NCBI RefSeq assembly: GCF_001194135.2
Contig: NC_068990.1
Span: 78,864,005-78,909,503 of the forward strand
Direction: 5' to 3'
Source of the DNA: Octopus bimaculoides
Taxonomy: Eukaryota
Length of the DNA stretch: 45,499 bases
Under the pieces are notes generated by a model. That model did not search any database, was not told where the DNA came from, and was given only the letters and a program-made list of their open reading frames with translations. Every line of letters begins with the position of its first letter. Position 1 is the stretch's first letter. Positions 11,931-23,447 of this stretch are shown here, in pieces. Both the position numbers and the translations under genes were made by a program.

Positions 11931-12871
11931 AAATATCTCCGTTCTTTATGTTTTTGTAAGTTGTTAGCTTCTTGTACAAGTATAAATAGTTGTTAGTTTC
12001 CTACACAAGTTTATATAATAGTTTCCTAGATAAGTTTATACAGCTTCTTTTTTTTTAATAAAATAAATGCTTTGTTCCAGTAAACAAAATTCCAAGAGAG
12101 TTAAAAAATCTAAAAAAAATGTTCTGTTCTGCTAAAATGAAATTTTTGGTTTTATATTCCCGATTTCTTGAGATTGATAAATTTCGGTAATTTGGGAAGC
12201 TTTAGTCGTTACGTTAAATATCTTGGTATGTCAGTGTGCATGTGCGCGTGCGAGTGTGTATGAGTGTGTGTGTGTGTGTGTGCGTGCCAGGATTTCTCGA
12301 CATTTTTTGGCTTGTGTGTGTTGGCATTAGTGTATTTGTAGGTGTGTTACAGTCGTACCATTGAGTGCTGAGTTTGCATGCTACAGTTTTTTGCATGTGT
12401 GGTGTCACAGTAACTCTCTCTTTTTCTCTGTGTATGTATGTATGTATGTATATATATATATATATATATNNNNNNNNNNNNNNNNNNNNNNNNNNNNNNN
12501 NNNNNNNNNNNNNNNNNNNNNNNNNNNNNNNNNNNNNNNNNNNNNNNNNNNNNNNNNNNNNNNNNNNNNNNNNNNNNNNNNNNNNNNNNNNNNNNNNNNN
12601 NNNNNNNNNNNNNNNNNNNNNNNNNNNNNNNNNNNNNNNNNNNNNNNNNNNNNNNNNNNNNNNNNNNNNNNNNNNNNNNNNNNNNNNNNNNNNNNNNNNN
12701 NNNNNNNNNNNNNNNNNNNNNNNNNNNNNNNNNNNNNNNNNNNNNNNNNNNNNNNNNNNNNNNNNNNNNNNNNNNNNNNNNNNNNNNNNNNNNNNNNNNN
12801 NNNNNNNNNNNNNNNNNNNNNNNNNNNNNNNNNNNNNNNNNNNNNNNNNNNNTACACATACGTACATACAT

Positions 12872-12986
<115 letters not shown>

Positions 12987-13164
12987 AAGAGAAACAGAGA
13001 TAAGAGGAATACATGCGCACTTTGTTCATTTCATCGATGTTTAAGTATTTGTACGACTATGTTGTAATATTTTTTTTATCTCATTCGTTTTTTATCGAAC
13101 ATATAGTTGACACTTATTTTTGCTCCCTTGAACGTCGCTTTCTTGTATTTTTCTAATCAAAAGA

Positions 13165-13500
13165 TCACAATTAGTTTTCTCTGAAAAATCCATGTACTAT
13201 TTGCAGTAATGTCTCTATTTGTTTATGTACAACGTATAGATTGAGGTCGTCCATATACAAAAGATGATTGGTTATCCTCCCATAGTATTTGTATCCAAGC
13301 CCAAAGAGAGCAACAAACCTGGGTCTCTGAAACAAAAGAACATTTTCAATGGGGAGAGTCCTTGTCACTTGTTGGCGGCCATAATTAAGGCAACAAATTT
13401 CAGTTTCGTTTTTAGAGGCAAGACCATTTTAATATTCAAAAGCATTTGATCGAGACTCAAAGTAAATGGACACATAGCTGAGCCATTCCTAGTTAATCCC
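13165..13500 (-). mobile_element. R4/Dong-like RT fragment
   Basis: GLSPL..F (QGDSLSPL motif) and GYKYYGRITNHLLYMDDLNLY (YMDD catalytic motif in the R4-type NHLLYMDDLKLY context). Confidence 0.85.
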
Positions 13501-13536
13501 TTTGTCGCTAATAGTTACCCGTCTCATCCCTTTCGT

Positions 13537-13860
13537 ATGAATCTGAGATTTGCGCCATTACTGCAGAAACCGGAAGTATTGAAGGGAATCTCGTTGGGTC
13601 ATGGGGCGTTGGAGACAGAGTCAGCATATGTAGACGATAACACTTTAATGGTATCTGATTCCGAAGAAGCTGAGGTGGTCGGCACCAATCTAAAGAAATA
13701 CGAATTGGTGATAGGTGTAACGCTTAAGTCGGAACAAGTGGTGGGTGTACAGTTCTGTCGGTCAGTGCATATTTGATGTTTGGTTCGGTCTGGACGTCTA
13801 GAAGGCTAAAATATGGGACGAAGTTATGAGCAGAGTTGCCTGCTTTACCAAGGAACGGGA
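13537..13860 (+). mobile_element. L1/Tx1-clade LINE RT fragment
   Basis: APLLQKPEVLKGI..SAYVDDNTLMVSD..LKKYELVIGVTLKSEQVVG matches the 'LEPLL..SAYADD..Y..A.G..IN..KS' L1/Tx1 pattern. Confidence 0.75.
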
Positions 13861-13953
13861 TTTTGTTATTTCATTTTTACATATTTTTGATATGAAGCAC
13901 ATATTGTGTTCTACACTTCATTACATTTGAACCATAATTATTTGCTGCTGCAG

Positions 13954-13997
<44 letters not shown>

Positions 13998-14096
13998 GGA
14001 ATGTGAATTACAACAACAGGTTCGTACATTACTACGTGTCAGACCTTAAGAATGCATGCCGAAATACCTAGTGTTAATCGCTGGTAGCCTTGTAAC

Positions 14097-14142
<46 letters not shown>

Positions 14143-14143
<1 letters not shown>

Positions 14144-14580
14144 TGTTTTATTTCTCAGAACGCTCGGTCTTGTTTGTTCTGGTTGATTCTGTACGAGCAG
14201 ACATCAGTCTGCTGTCAGAAGTCTCACAGTGTCTCTTTTCACACAGTAAAAGCTCTGATACTTGGTTATTAATTATCGTAGGATACATTCAACGCCCAAG
14301 TACCAATCTCAAAATCCTATCTGTCCTCAACAGAGCAGTTTTTTTTGGTTTTCTCTGCTCTCATGTCAAATCTGATTTCTTTGACATATTTCTCGAACTT
14401 GGTTGTTAGTGCTCCGAGTGCCGCTACAACTAATGGAATGACAGACACTCTCCTCACAGCCCACATTCTTAGGCAGCGTTTGGGGTGCTGTGCGAGGGCA
14501 GCAATTACCACACGAAGAATCGTTGCCTTAGTCTGTCACTGACTCTTAAGATCTCTGTTTAGATCTTGATATTTCTCAAT
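14143..14580 (-). mobile_element. R4/Dong-like 3' end (two fused RLE-tail pieces)
   Basis: IEKYQDLNRDLKSQ*QTKATILRVVIAAL is followed by LRMWAVRRVSVIPLVVAALGALTTKFEKYV..TALLRTDRILRLVLGR*. The 5' side abuts (GAA)n and the 3' side runs into (TGA)n. Confidence 0.8.
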
Positions 14581-14836
14581 ATCTTCTTCTTCTTCTTCTT
14601 CTTCTTCTTCTTCTTCTTCTTCTTCTTCTTCTTCTTCTTCTNNNNNNNNNNNNNNNNNNNNNNNNNNNNNNNNNNNNNNNNNNNNNNNNNNNNNNNNNNN
14701 NNNNNNNNNNNNNNNNNNNNNNNNNNNNNNNNNNNNNNNNNNNNNNNNNNNNNNNNNNNNNNNNNNNNNNNNNNNNNNNNNNNNNNNNNNNNNNNNNNNN
14801 NNNNNNNNNNNNNNNNNNNNNNNNNNNNNNNNNATA

Positions 14837-15210
14837 CTTAGCGTTATTTCTTCTGGCTTTATGTTCTGAGTTCAAATTCCGCCAAGGTCGGCTTTGCTTT
14901 ACTTTCTATTAGGGTCGATAAAATAAGTACCAGTGAAACACTATAATCAACCAGTCCCACCCTCCACAATTTCAGACCTTGTGGATTATTTCAGGATTAT
15001 CGTGAAGAACACGAGCCAGAAGAGTCGTAAGTGCGTCGAATAAAATGCTTGGCTGGATTTCTTTCGGCTTTAGTTCTAAGTTCAAATGCTGTTGCGGCCG
15101 GCTTTATATTTCATCATTTCGGGGTCAATAAAATAAGTACTGAGATCGATATAAACAATTAGCCGTCCTCCCACTAAATTTGCTGACTTTGTGTTAAAAT
15201 TTAAAGCCAT
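14837..15210 (+). mobile_element. Two tandem degenerate SINEs
   Basis: Both contain GTTCT.AGTTCAAAT.C, then GGGGTC.ATAAAATAAGTAC and a CCC..AAATTT.C.GAC.TTGTG end. Confidence 0.75.
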
Positions 15211-15533
15211 TATTATCATTATTACTATTAATATTGTGTTATTTCTTAAGGTTATCTCTACAGATATTCTACAGAAATTTATAGCCAGCGCTGAATTTTG
15301 TTACGACGTTTCGTATGCGAGACGTCAGATGTAAACAAACAAGGAAATTGAAGATGAAAATTTGTAACGGGCATATATGCTATATTTCAGGAGTTTTTGC
15401 CCCTTCATCAGTTCTCCTCTATCCCATTAATCGCCCTCGAAACATTACTTAAAGAGCCACAACACACAGCAGAGTAAAGTTATTGGATATAGCAATTTTA
15501 CATATTAAACACTTTACTGGAAGCTGTTACGTA

Positions 15534-15644
15534 AATACTAATGACTTGTAGAAACACGGTATTTCGTTACGCAGCCATTAATATACTATAAAATATCGTA
15601 AACATCTTATAAGTTAGTGGCGCGTTCTACAAGTCATTAGTATT
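15534..15644. mobile_element. MITE-like element with a 20-bp perfect inverted repeat (TA-flanked)
   Basis: AATACTAATGACTTGTAGAA (15534-15553) is the exact reverse complement of 15625-15644. Confidence 0.7.
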
Positions 15645-15840
15645 AATATTGTGTTCCTGTTGTTCTGACAATGAGTTATTGACCGTTAATTATAGTTAAG
15701 AGTTTCACTCTATAATTAGTTAACAATAGACAACCTCACAAGTTTTTATCTGCCACGACAAAGTTGAGTTTTCATTTTGCCATCATTACGGCAAGAGTAT
15801 TACAAATGTGTATACGGCTAGGCAGAAAAAAGGCTATATG

Positions 15841-15883
<43 letters not shown>

Positions 15884-16007
15884 NNNNNNNNNNNNNNNNN
15901 NNNNNNNNNNNNNNNNNNNNNNNNNNNNNNNNNNNNNNNNNNNNNNNNNNNNNNNNNNNNNNNNNNNNNNNNNNNNNNNNNNNNNNNNNNNNNNNNNNNN
16001 NNNNNNN

Positions 16008-16043
<36 letters not shown>

Positions 16044-16099
16044 CACAACCACACACAGACAGAAACAACACACACAAAAATAATTTATCATCCACTTTG

Positions 16100-16412
16100 G
16101 TAATGTCATCTATTTTATAGTTTCGGATTTGTCTTCCTCCTTTCTTCTTCTTCTAATTCTCGCCTCTTTCCCGGCAGAAGACAATTATTTATAATGACTT
16201 GCTGTGCATCAAGTGTGTTGTCTGTCATCTTTGGCATCCATCTGCTCCACTATTAGTTGGTGTTAGATGTTGCTGAGGTAGAGCAACTTCCTGCTGCTGC
16301 TATCGAGTTCTGAATCGATTTTCAATTGATGTTGCCATCCGTTCAAAATTTTTGAAAGAAGTTTAGGGCGTCGGAAGAAATGTGAGAGCTCTTCTGGCCC
16401 CTCTGTTATTTG
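16100..16412 (-). mobile_element. Possible 5' end of another microsatellite-inserted retroelement
   Basis: Begins directly after (TAG)n on the minus strand and has a Gln/Ser-rich, then basic, translation. No diagnostic motif. Confidence 0.2.
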
Positions 16413-16467
<55 letters not shown>

Positions 16468-16510
16468 GGCGGGCAGAATTTGAACTCAGAGCGTAAAAGT
16501 ATTGTTGGTT

Positions 16511-16726
16511 CCTAGGGAACAGTATCAGATGGTATCAAGAGGAATATAAGGAAATCGGAATGGCGTGCTCAGTAGAACTGTTACAAAAGGTTTGCCTCTT
16601 TGGCACGACCGGAATAATCAGGAAATATTGGATAGTTGATGAAAAGAGATAGCATGGTACGGCAGGTTGCGTGCAGCTAGTCCGTTACGTATGCAAGACT
16701 CTAAGAGTTTCAACAAAACCTGAGTT
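16511..16726 (+). mobile_element. R4/Dong-like 3' end
   Basis: LGTVSDG..EIGMACSVELLQKVCLFGTTGIIRK, then a UTR running into (TGA)n(TAA)n. Confidence 0.75.
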
Positions 16727-16745
16727 GATGATGATGACAATGATG

Positions 16746-16803
<58 letters not shown>

Positions 16804-16813
16804 TAATAATAAT

Positions 16814-17080
16814 AAAACAAAAACAGAAACAACTATCATAGTAGGTGCCTTAGTTATAATAAAAAAATATTCAGACAAATACATAACAAAAACACCAGGA
16901 CTTACAAATATATATAACATATACAGAAAATTGCACTACTGGGCACTGCACACATCCTACGCAAAACACTTTCAATACAGTAACCATAAGAGCATCACAG
17001 CAAACCACAGCACATACCCAAGGCACACAGAGCTGCGCTCGGTAGTGAAGTGAAAGCACGTTATAAAAATAAAACTACTG
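16814..17080 (+). mobile_element. R4/Dong-like 3' end (young family)
   Basis: KTETTIIVGAL..KYSDKYITKTPGLTNIYN-IQKIALLGTAHILRKTLSIQ* (stop 16981-16983). Its 3'-terminal ~30 bp are identical to the reverse complement of 40441-40471. Flanked by (TAA)n and (CAA)n(TAA)n. Confidence 0.85.
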
Positions 17081-17169
<89 letters not shown>

Positions 17170-17170
<1 letters not shown>

Positions 17171-18316
17171 GGTCACCGGGGGCGTTTAACACGTGAGACA
17201 ACAAATGGAGCCTAAAATAATTGACAAAGTGTTGAACTATATCTGAGTAAGTAATAACTCATTAAAATTTATTTCTATTTTCCAAATGAAACGATGAACT
17301 TTAACTGTGTTTCATCAGCACTCGCACAACACGTGTAAACACGTTCGCCACATTACGATCCAATCAACATCAGACCATCTCCGTCCACAACCGAAATGCA
17401 CAAAAAATGAAAGATGAATTAAATCATACTCGTATCATTCAACCCAAGGATAACAAACGGGATGTACGTACTTTAAACTTGTTACACAAAAAGTACGAAA
17501 GCTACACGTGCAAAACCATTTAACACCAGAAATGAACAGACCGGTACCCTACGAAAATGATGACGATCAACATAAAGGGCCGGACGTTATTCCTCATGTC
17601 TCGCAAATAAAATCAAAAATCATAAATGGACACGTGAAGGATATATTTCAATCCTACACGCTTATTTTACAGCAGTGCTCTACTCACAGAACGAAAAGAG
17701 AACAACATATATATAGACTCTTTACTCTTTTACTCATTTACTTGTTTCAGTCATTTGACTGTGGCCATGCTGGAGCACCGCCTTTAGTCGAAGAAATCGA
17801 CCCCACGACCTAATACTTATTCTATCGGTCTTTTTTTGCCGAACCGCTAAGTTACGGGGACGTCAACANNNNNNNNNNNNNNNNNNNNNNNNNNNNNNNN
17901 NNNNNNNNNNNNNNNNNNNNNNNNNNNNNNNNNNNNNNNNNNNNNNNNNNNNNNNNNNNNNNNNNNNNNNNNNNNNNNNNNNNNNNNNNNNNNNNNNNNN
18001 NNNNNNNNNNNNNNNNNNNNNNNNNNNNNNNNNNNNNNNNNNNNNNNNNNNNNNNNNNNNNNNNNNNNNNNNNNNNNNNNNNNNNNNNNNNNNNNNNNNN
18101 NNNNNNNNNNNNNNNNNNNNNNNNNNNNNNNNNNNNNNNNNNNNNNNNNNNNNNNNNNNNNNNNNNNNNNNNNNNNNNNNNNNNNNNNNNNNNNNNNNNN
18201 NNNNNNNNNNNNNNNNNNNNNNNNNNNNNNNNNNNNNNNNNNNNNNNNNNNNNNNNNNNNNNNNNNNNNNNNNNNNNNNNNNNNNNNNNNNNNNNNNNNN
18301 NNNNNNNNNNNNNNNN

Positions 18317-18353
<37 letters not shown>

Positions 18354-19166
18354 CTGGAAGAAAAATAACCTAAATAAAGATTTGGATACAGCTATGAACC
18401 TTAATAAACTAGCTAACATACGAAGATATATTCTCAAAACAAACAAACAAAAAATATCAGAAATAGAAACAGAACACTTAAAAGGAAATATACATCAGGA
18501 GAACGTAGATAGTAACCACACAGCAACGCCAAATAATATCATAAGCACTGGGACTGTAAAACACAAAGGCAGACGTAACAAGTCTAACCAAAACACAGTA
18601 AACAACGAAAGACAACAAACGCAGATTATAGGAATGTACAATGACGAGCAAAATGCACCAAACCAGAACACCACAGACAAAAATATGAAGGGGAGGGAAT
18701 AGGAAACAAATCTAAAACCTGGAAACAGTGAAGGGAAAACTAATGATTATGATACTCTAAAAATGAACATGATCAAAGAACTGAAAGCCACAGTTCTCAG
18801 TATGGACCACCGATTGTACCTCCAAAAAATTAAAATTGATAATGAAACAACATCAATAATAAATGGTGTGAAACGGGATGCCACAAGACTAATAGCCACA
18901 GAAACAAATGTCAATATGACCAGGCTAAATGATATATGCAGCAGCATCTGGGGCGACAAACCCATCCAAACAGGAGTATCACCACCCAAACAAACAGGGA
19001 GACAGTGCTTCTACAGAAAATTTGTTTCATAGGGATAGCAAGGATTATCAGGAAGGTTCTAAGCACTTGAAAGACTATTGAAAACTTGTGAATACCTAAG
19101 GTTGCAGGTAGTAACCCGCTATCCACATAAATCCTGCCAGGAATAAGACCGAACCTGAGTCAAACT
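17170..19166 (+). mobile_element. R4/Dong-like element with 5' end and 3' end but no RT/RLE core; interrupted by a SINE
   Basis: The N-terminal KWTREGYISILHAYFTAV..TTY|KIWKK..NLNKLANIRRYILK..MDHRLYLQKIK..TRLNDIC jumps to the C-terminal ETVLLQKICFIGIARIIRKVLST* (stop 19068-19070). (TAA)n on both sides. Confidence 0.75.
17717..17868 (-). mobile_element. SINE (same unit as 7459-7650) inserted into the R4-like element; continues into the gap
   Basis: Sequence match to 7459-7600. It sits at an ATATA site that splits the TTY/KIW reading frame. Confidence 0.85.
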
Positions 19167-19168
19167 AA

Positions 19169-19235
<67 letters not shown>

Positions 19236-19392
19236 CCAGCTAAACAGTTGAAATATCCTCAACTCATTTCATATAATTGTGAATTTCATGTGCTAGAGAG
19301 TGGTAGACAGCTCTTCTTGAGAGTTCTCCACTATCCGACTTGTCTTTACGTTGGGGTCCGTTAGCCCCATTCTACTTCGTTTTATGGTGAAA

Positions 19393-19705
19393 ACGCTTGG
19401 CTTAGTGGTTAGGGTATTCAGCTCATGATCGTTAGGTTGCGAGTTCGATTTCTGGCGGCACGTTGTCTCCGTGAGCAAGACACTTTATTTCTCGTTGCTC
19501 CACTCCACTCCACTCAGCTGGCAAACATAAGTAGTACCTGTAATTCACATGGGTCAGCCTTGTCACACTCGGTGTCACGCTGAATCTCCTTGAGAACTAC
19601 TTGTGTGTGAATTGCCCAGCCACTTACGCATTAGTTTCACGAGCAAGTTGTCTCGTTGATAGATCAACCGGAACACTCGTCGTCGTAGCTGACGGAGGAC
19701 TACAA
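19393..19705 (+). mobile_element. tRNA-derived SINE with a central conserved (CORE/Meta-like) domain
   Basis: A box TGGCTTAGTGG (19398), B box GAGTTCGATTT (19441), then GTTGTCTCCGTGAGCAAGACACTTTATTTC..GCTCCACTCCACTCAGCTGGCAAA. Confidence 0.8.
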
Positions 19706-20896
19706 CTTCTTTCTATGTTCCTCTTATTTTTGTCCAGGCTTTATCTCGTCCTAATCCCTTCAAGACAATGGTGTAGGAATGCTGCCAGGTTCCTCCTCTG
19801 CTTTGCTTTCTTGCTGCTTTACTATCGACTTCGTACAATGTTTCTTCATATTTATATTTTATTTTCTATTTTATTTATAAAGCATTGGATAAATACTTCC
19901 TGTCAACTGACCTCTGGTCAGCGATCTCTGTACCATAAATGATGGCGGAATATTTACTAAAGTATTTAACGAGATACGTAGGAATAGCGAAAGCTATTGA
20001 AATTCACCAACATAAACTGACTGAAATATTAACATAAATATTAAGAATAGAGAAGATAATTATGTTGCAGAATGTCAGTAGAAGATCAGAGACATTCTTT
20101 GTTGAACAGTCCGCAGTCATCACAAGATAGCAATTAACATTAAAATCTACAATGCAAATAAAATATGTTAATATTTTCACGGATTATAATTGAATATATA
20201 AGTAAATAAGATGCAGGTGAAACGATACAAACAGACGTGAATTCGTGATATGAGTTGAAATATTTAATAAAGCTACAGATTTACTGCTTAAGATGTACTA
20301 AATTTATATTCCGACGCATATTGGTCGATACAGTGATAAATAATGAACAAGAATTATGTAAAAGCCGTGAAATAATGCATTTATCTGATGATAATCAAAA
20401 TTAACATCTCCGGGAGCTACATTATTAGACCAACTGAGAATTGAAGAAACGGTCTATTTGAATGATTTAATATGCAATAATAACGGAGTGGCACTAAGGG
20501 GCATTCGGTAAAATTAATTTAGGCTTTATAATGTAAGTTGACGACATAGAACCATTTTATACGGAAGTAAAATGACGCCATCAGGTTTCGGAAATACTTT
20601 AAAACAAATGACCANNNNNNNNNNNNNNNNNNNNNNNNNNNNNNNNNNNNNNNNNNNNNNNNNNNNNNNNNNNNNNNNNNNNNNNNNNNNNNNNNNNNNN
20701 NNNNNNNNNNNNNNNNNNNNNNNNNNNNNNNNNNNNNNNNNNNNNNNNNNNNNNNNNNNNNNNNNNNNNNNNNNNNNNNNNNNNNNNNNNNNNNNNNNNN
20801 NNNNNNNNNNNNNNNNNNNNNNNNNNNNNNNNNNNNNNNNNTGCATAAAAACGCACTCGTACATATGTATCTCTCTCGCGCGCGCGCACACACACA

Positions 20897-20932
<36 letters not shown>

Positions 20933-21035
20933 TATATACATAGACATACATATAAGCGTACATATATATAGATATATTTATATGTATACATGAAGAGCGC
21001 CCATAAGTTATGAGAAACATCAGAACAGTTCTACA

Positions 21036-21785
21036 GAAGAATATTACAGGTACATAAGGGTGGATGAAAACATATATCTTACAATGGCACCTGTAACAAG
21101 ACACGTGTCACTAAAGAATATTACAGCCGGATAAAGAGAATAGGAACATCAGAACTCTCTGCAGTCAACAAAACTGTGGCCCAGAATGTGTTTGCAGTGC
21201 CAGTACTTATACTAACATTTGGGCTGCTTGATTGGACGTTTGATGATGTAAAAACCCGCAAGGTATTATTAACCAGCACACATAATTTCTGCATCAGCAG
21301 TGGCGTAGACTGCCTCTGCCTAAGATGAAAACAAGGTGGTAGAGGATTAATATCAATCCATGCTGCCTTTCAATGTCCTATCATATCCTTTCGGCAACAT
21401 CTTTAACCCACCAAGTTTCGAAGTGCATTACTTAACCATGTCTGTATACATGAGGCTGGTAACATCATGAGACTTGGAAAGTAGCTCCTTGAGCAGCATT
21501 CTTTGTCTGATAAACTTAAAGAAGTCGCATGACTACCGCAACGTATCATCAGGTGAAAGGATGAGCATACTTGAGCAGAAGACTATGCATGGATATGTTA
21601 GTAGAAAGATCCGGGATGATAGTAACATTGATCATCAAAGGTAGTCTATCATGGGCCAGCAACTGGATTACTAACTCCCACTTTGAAGGGTATACGTTTG
21701 CAATCTAGGAACAAGAAATATCAACTAAATACCTCATGCACAAAAGAGACATAGACGCAGGAAAAGCAGTAAATATAATAACCGA
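21036..21785 (+). mobile_element. R4/Dong-like post-RT (thumb) region fragment
   Basis: YYRYIRVDE..KEYYSRIKRI..SELSAVNK..NVFAVPVL..TFGLLDW..KTRK..GVDCLCLR*KQGGRGLISI..KTMHG..SHFEGYTFAI*EQEISTKY. Confidence 0.85.
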
Positions 21786-22315
21786 TGCAGTTTATTCTTT
21801 GAATGGTTTTAGGTATTGTTTTTTTATGAATTTGACCCGAAGAATGACTGATTTTGGGAGTAAAATCATTTTCTCGTTCTAATGAACTTGGATAGAATTT
21901 GCTTATGGTTTTATATAGTCCTATTTCAGCCATGAAACGCGCGTAGTCTATGTACAAGCACTGACTTTTATACTTTTATACTTTTACACATTATATTATT
22001 GTATTAATTTTTACTGTCCTATTTATACTTTATTTGATTTTTAGATTAATATTTTTATGATGAATGTCTCTTTATATGATATATTATATATTATTAAAAT
22101 TATTAAAATTTTAGATTAAAATCTTAGATAAGTATTTATATGGTATATGCCTCACAGCATGGTTTTGGACGGGTTCTTCGTTAACTAAGTTGTAGAGTGG
22201 TGGTTCGTCTCTAAATTAATTATATACATATATATTATATATTACGAAACTCGGTGTAATATCATACCGAATTTTACCTGTATGGTTGGAATAAGTTTTT
22301 ATTCCCTAATGTTAT

Positions 22316-22357
<42 letters not shown>

Positions 22358-22824
22358 NNNNNNNNNNNNNNNNNNNNNNNNNNNNNNNNNNNNNNNNNNN
22401 NNNNNNNNNNNNNNNNNNNNNNNNNNNNNNNNNNNNNNNNNNNNNNNNNNNNNNNNNNNNNNNNNNNNNNNNNNNNNNNNNNNNNNNNNNNNNNNNNNNN
22501 NNNNNNNNNNNNNNNNNNNNNNNNNNNNNNNNNNNNNNNNNNNNNNNNNNNNNNNNNNNNNNNNNNNNNNNNNNNNNNNNNNNNNNNNNNNNNNNNNNNN
22601 NNNNNNNNNNNNNNNNNNNNNNNNNNNNNNNNNNNNNNNNNNNNNNNNNNNNNNNNNNNNNNNNNNNNNNNNNNNNNNNNNNNNNNNNNNNNNNNNNNNN
22701 NNNNNNNNNNNNNNNNNNNNNNNNNNNNNNNNNNNNNNNNNNNNNNNNNNNNNNNNNNNNNNNNNNNNNNNNNNNNNNNNNNNNNNNNNNNNNNNNNNNN
22801 NNNNNNNNNNNNNNNNNNNNNNNG

Positions 22825-23447
22825 TCCGATTTTCTTATGCACCAAGTTTGACAGTCGACTCTAATGTTTTATCCTGACAATTCTTTGTTTTACAACATTG
22901 AAGAATTACATCATCACTTTTCGAAATGCAATTCATGGTGTCTAATTATATTGTGAGCTTTCTCTTGTAAATCAATTTTTGTGAACCCATGGATAGATAA
23001 AAAATTCATGCTGTTTATTAATATGAGTTCCGTCGTGGAACCAATGTATCCCAGACAGCTCAAAACATCAATGAGGTGTTTGGTGAAGATGTGGCAAATG
23101 AGCACACTGTACGTCGATGGTTTGAGAAGTTCCGGTCTAGTGACTTTACTCTTGAGAATCAGCCCCATGGTAGAGCTGAGACCAAGGTGGATAATGCTGA
23201 GCTGGAAACTGTAGAGGAAGCGGTTGCATCTCAAACTACTTGTGAGTTAGCAGCAAGGTTTGATGTTTTGATTCCAAATGTATTGGACCATCTGAGACAA
23301 ATCGGCAAGGTAAAGAAGCTGGACAAGTGGGTACCACACGAACTGAACGAACATGAAATGACACGTCATCTTGAAACTTGCTGTTCTTTGCTTTTACGGC
23401 ATAAAAGCGAACGATTTTTGCTTCGTGTTGTTACGTGTGATGAAAAG
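22825..23447 (+). mobile_element. mariner transposase, 5' half (pseudogene)
   Basis: From ATG 22989: YEFRRGT..TAQNINEVFGEDVANEHTVRRWFEKFR..KKLDKWVPHEL..RVVTCDEK (WVPHEL motif and first catalytic D). In-frame stops; truncated. Confidence 0.95.

Noticed and set aside
15285-15330. CTGACG..CGAAACGTC on the minus strand resembling a hammerhead
   Set aside because: A9 is missing, there is no proper G10.1-C11.1 stem II, and stem I is out of register.
16440-19235. Repeat-spacer appearance suggestive of a CRISPR array
   Set aside because: The repeats are variable-length microsatellites, the spacers are retrotransposon ends of unequal size, the context is eukaryotic, and there are no cas genes.
19393-19470. 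tRNA gene
   Set aside because: A and B boxes are present, but there is no complete acceptor-stem pairing and the sequence continues into a SINE body.
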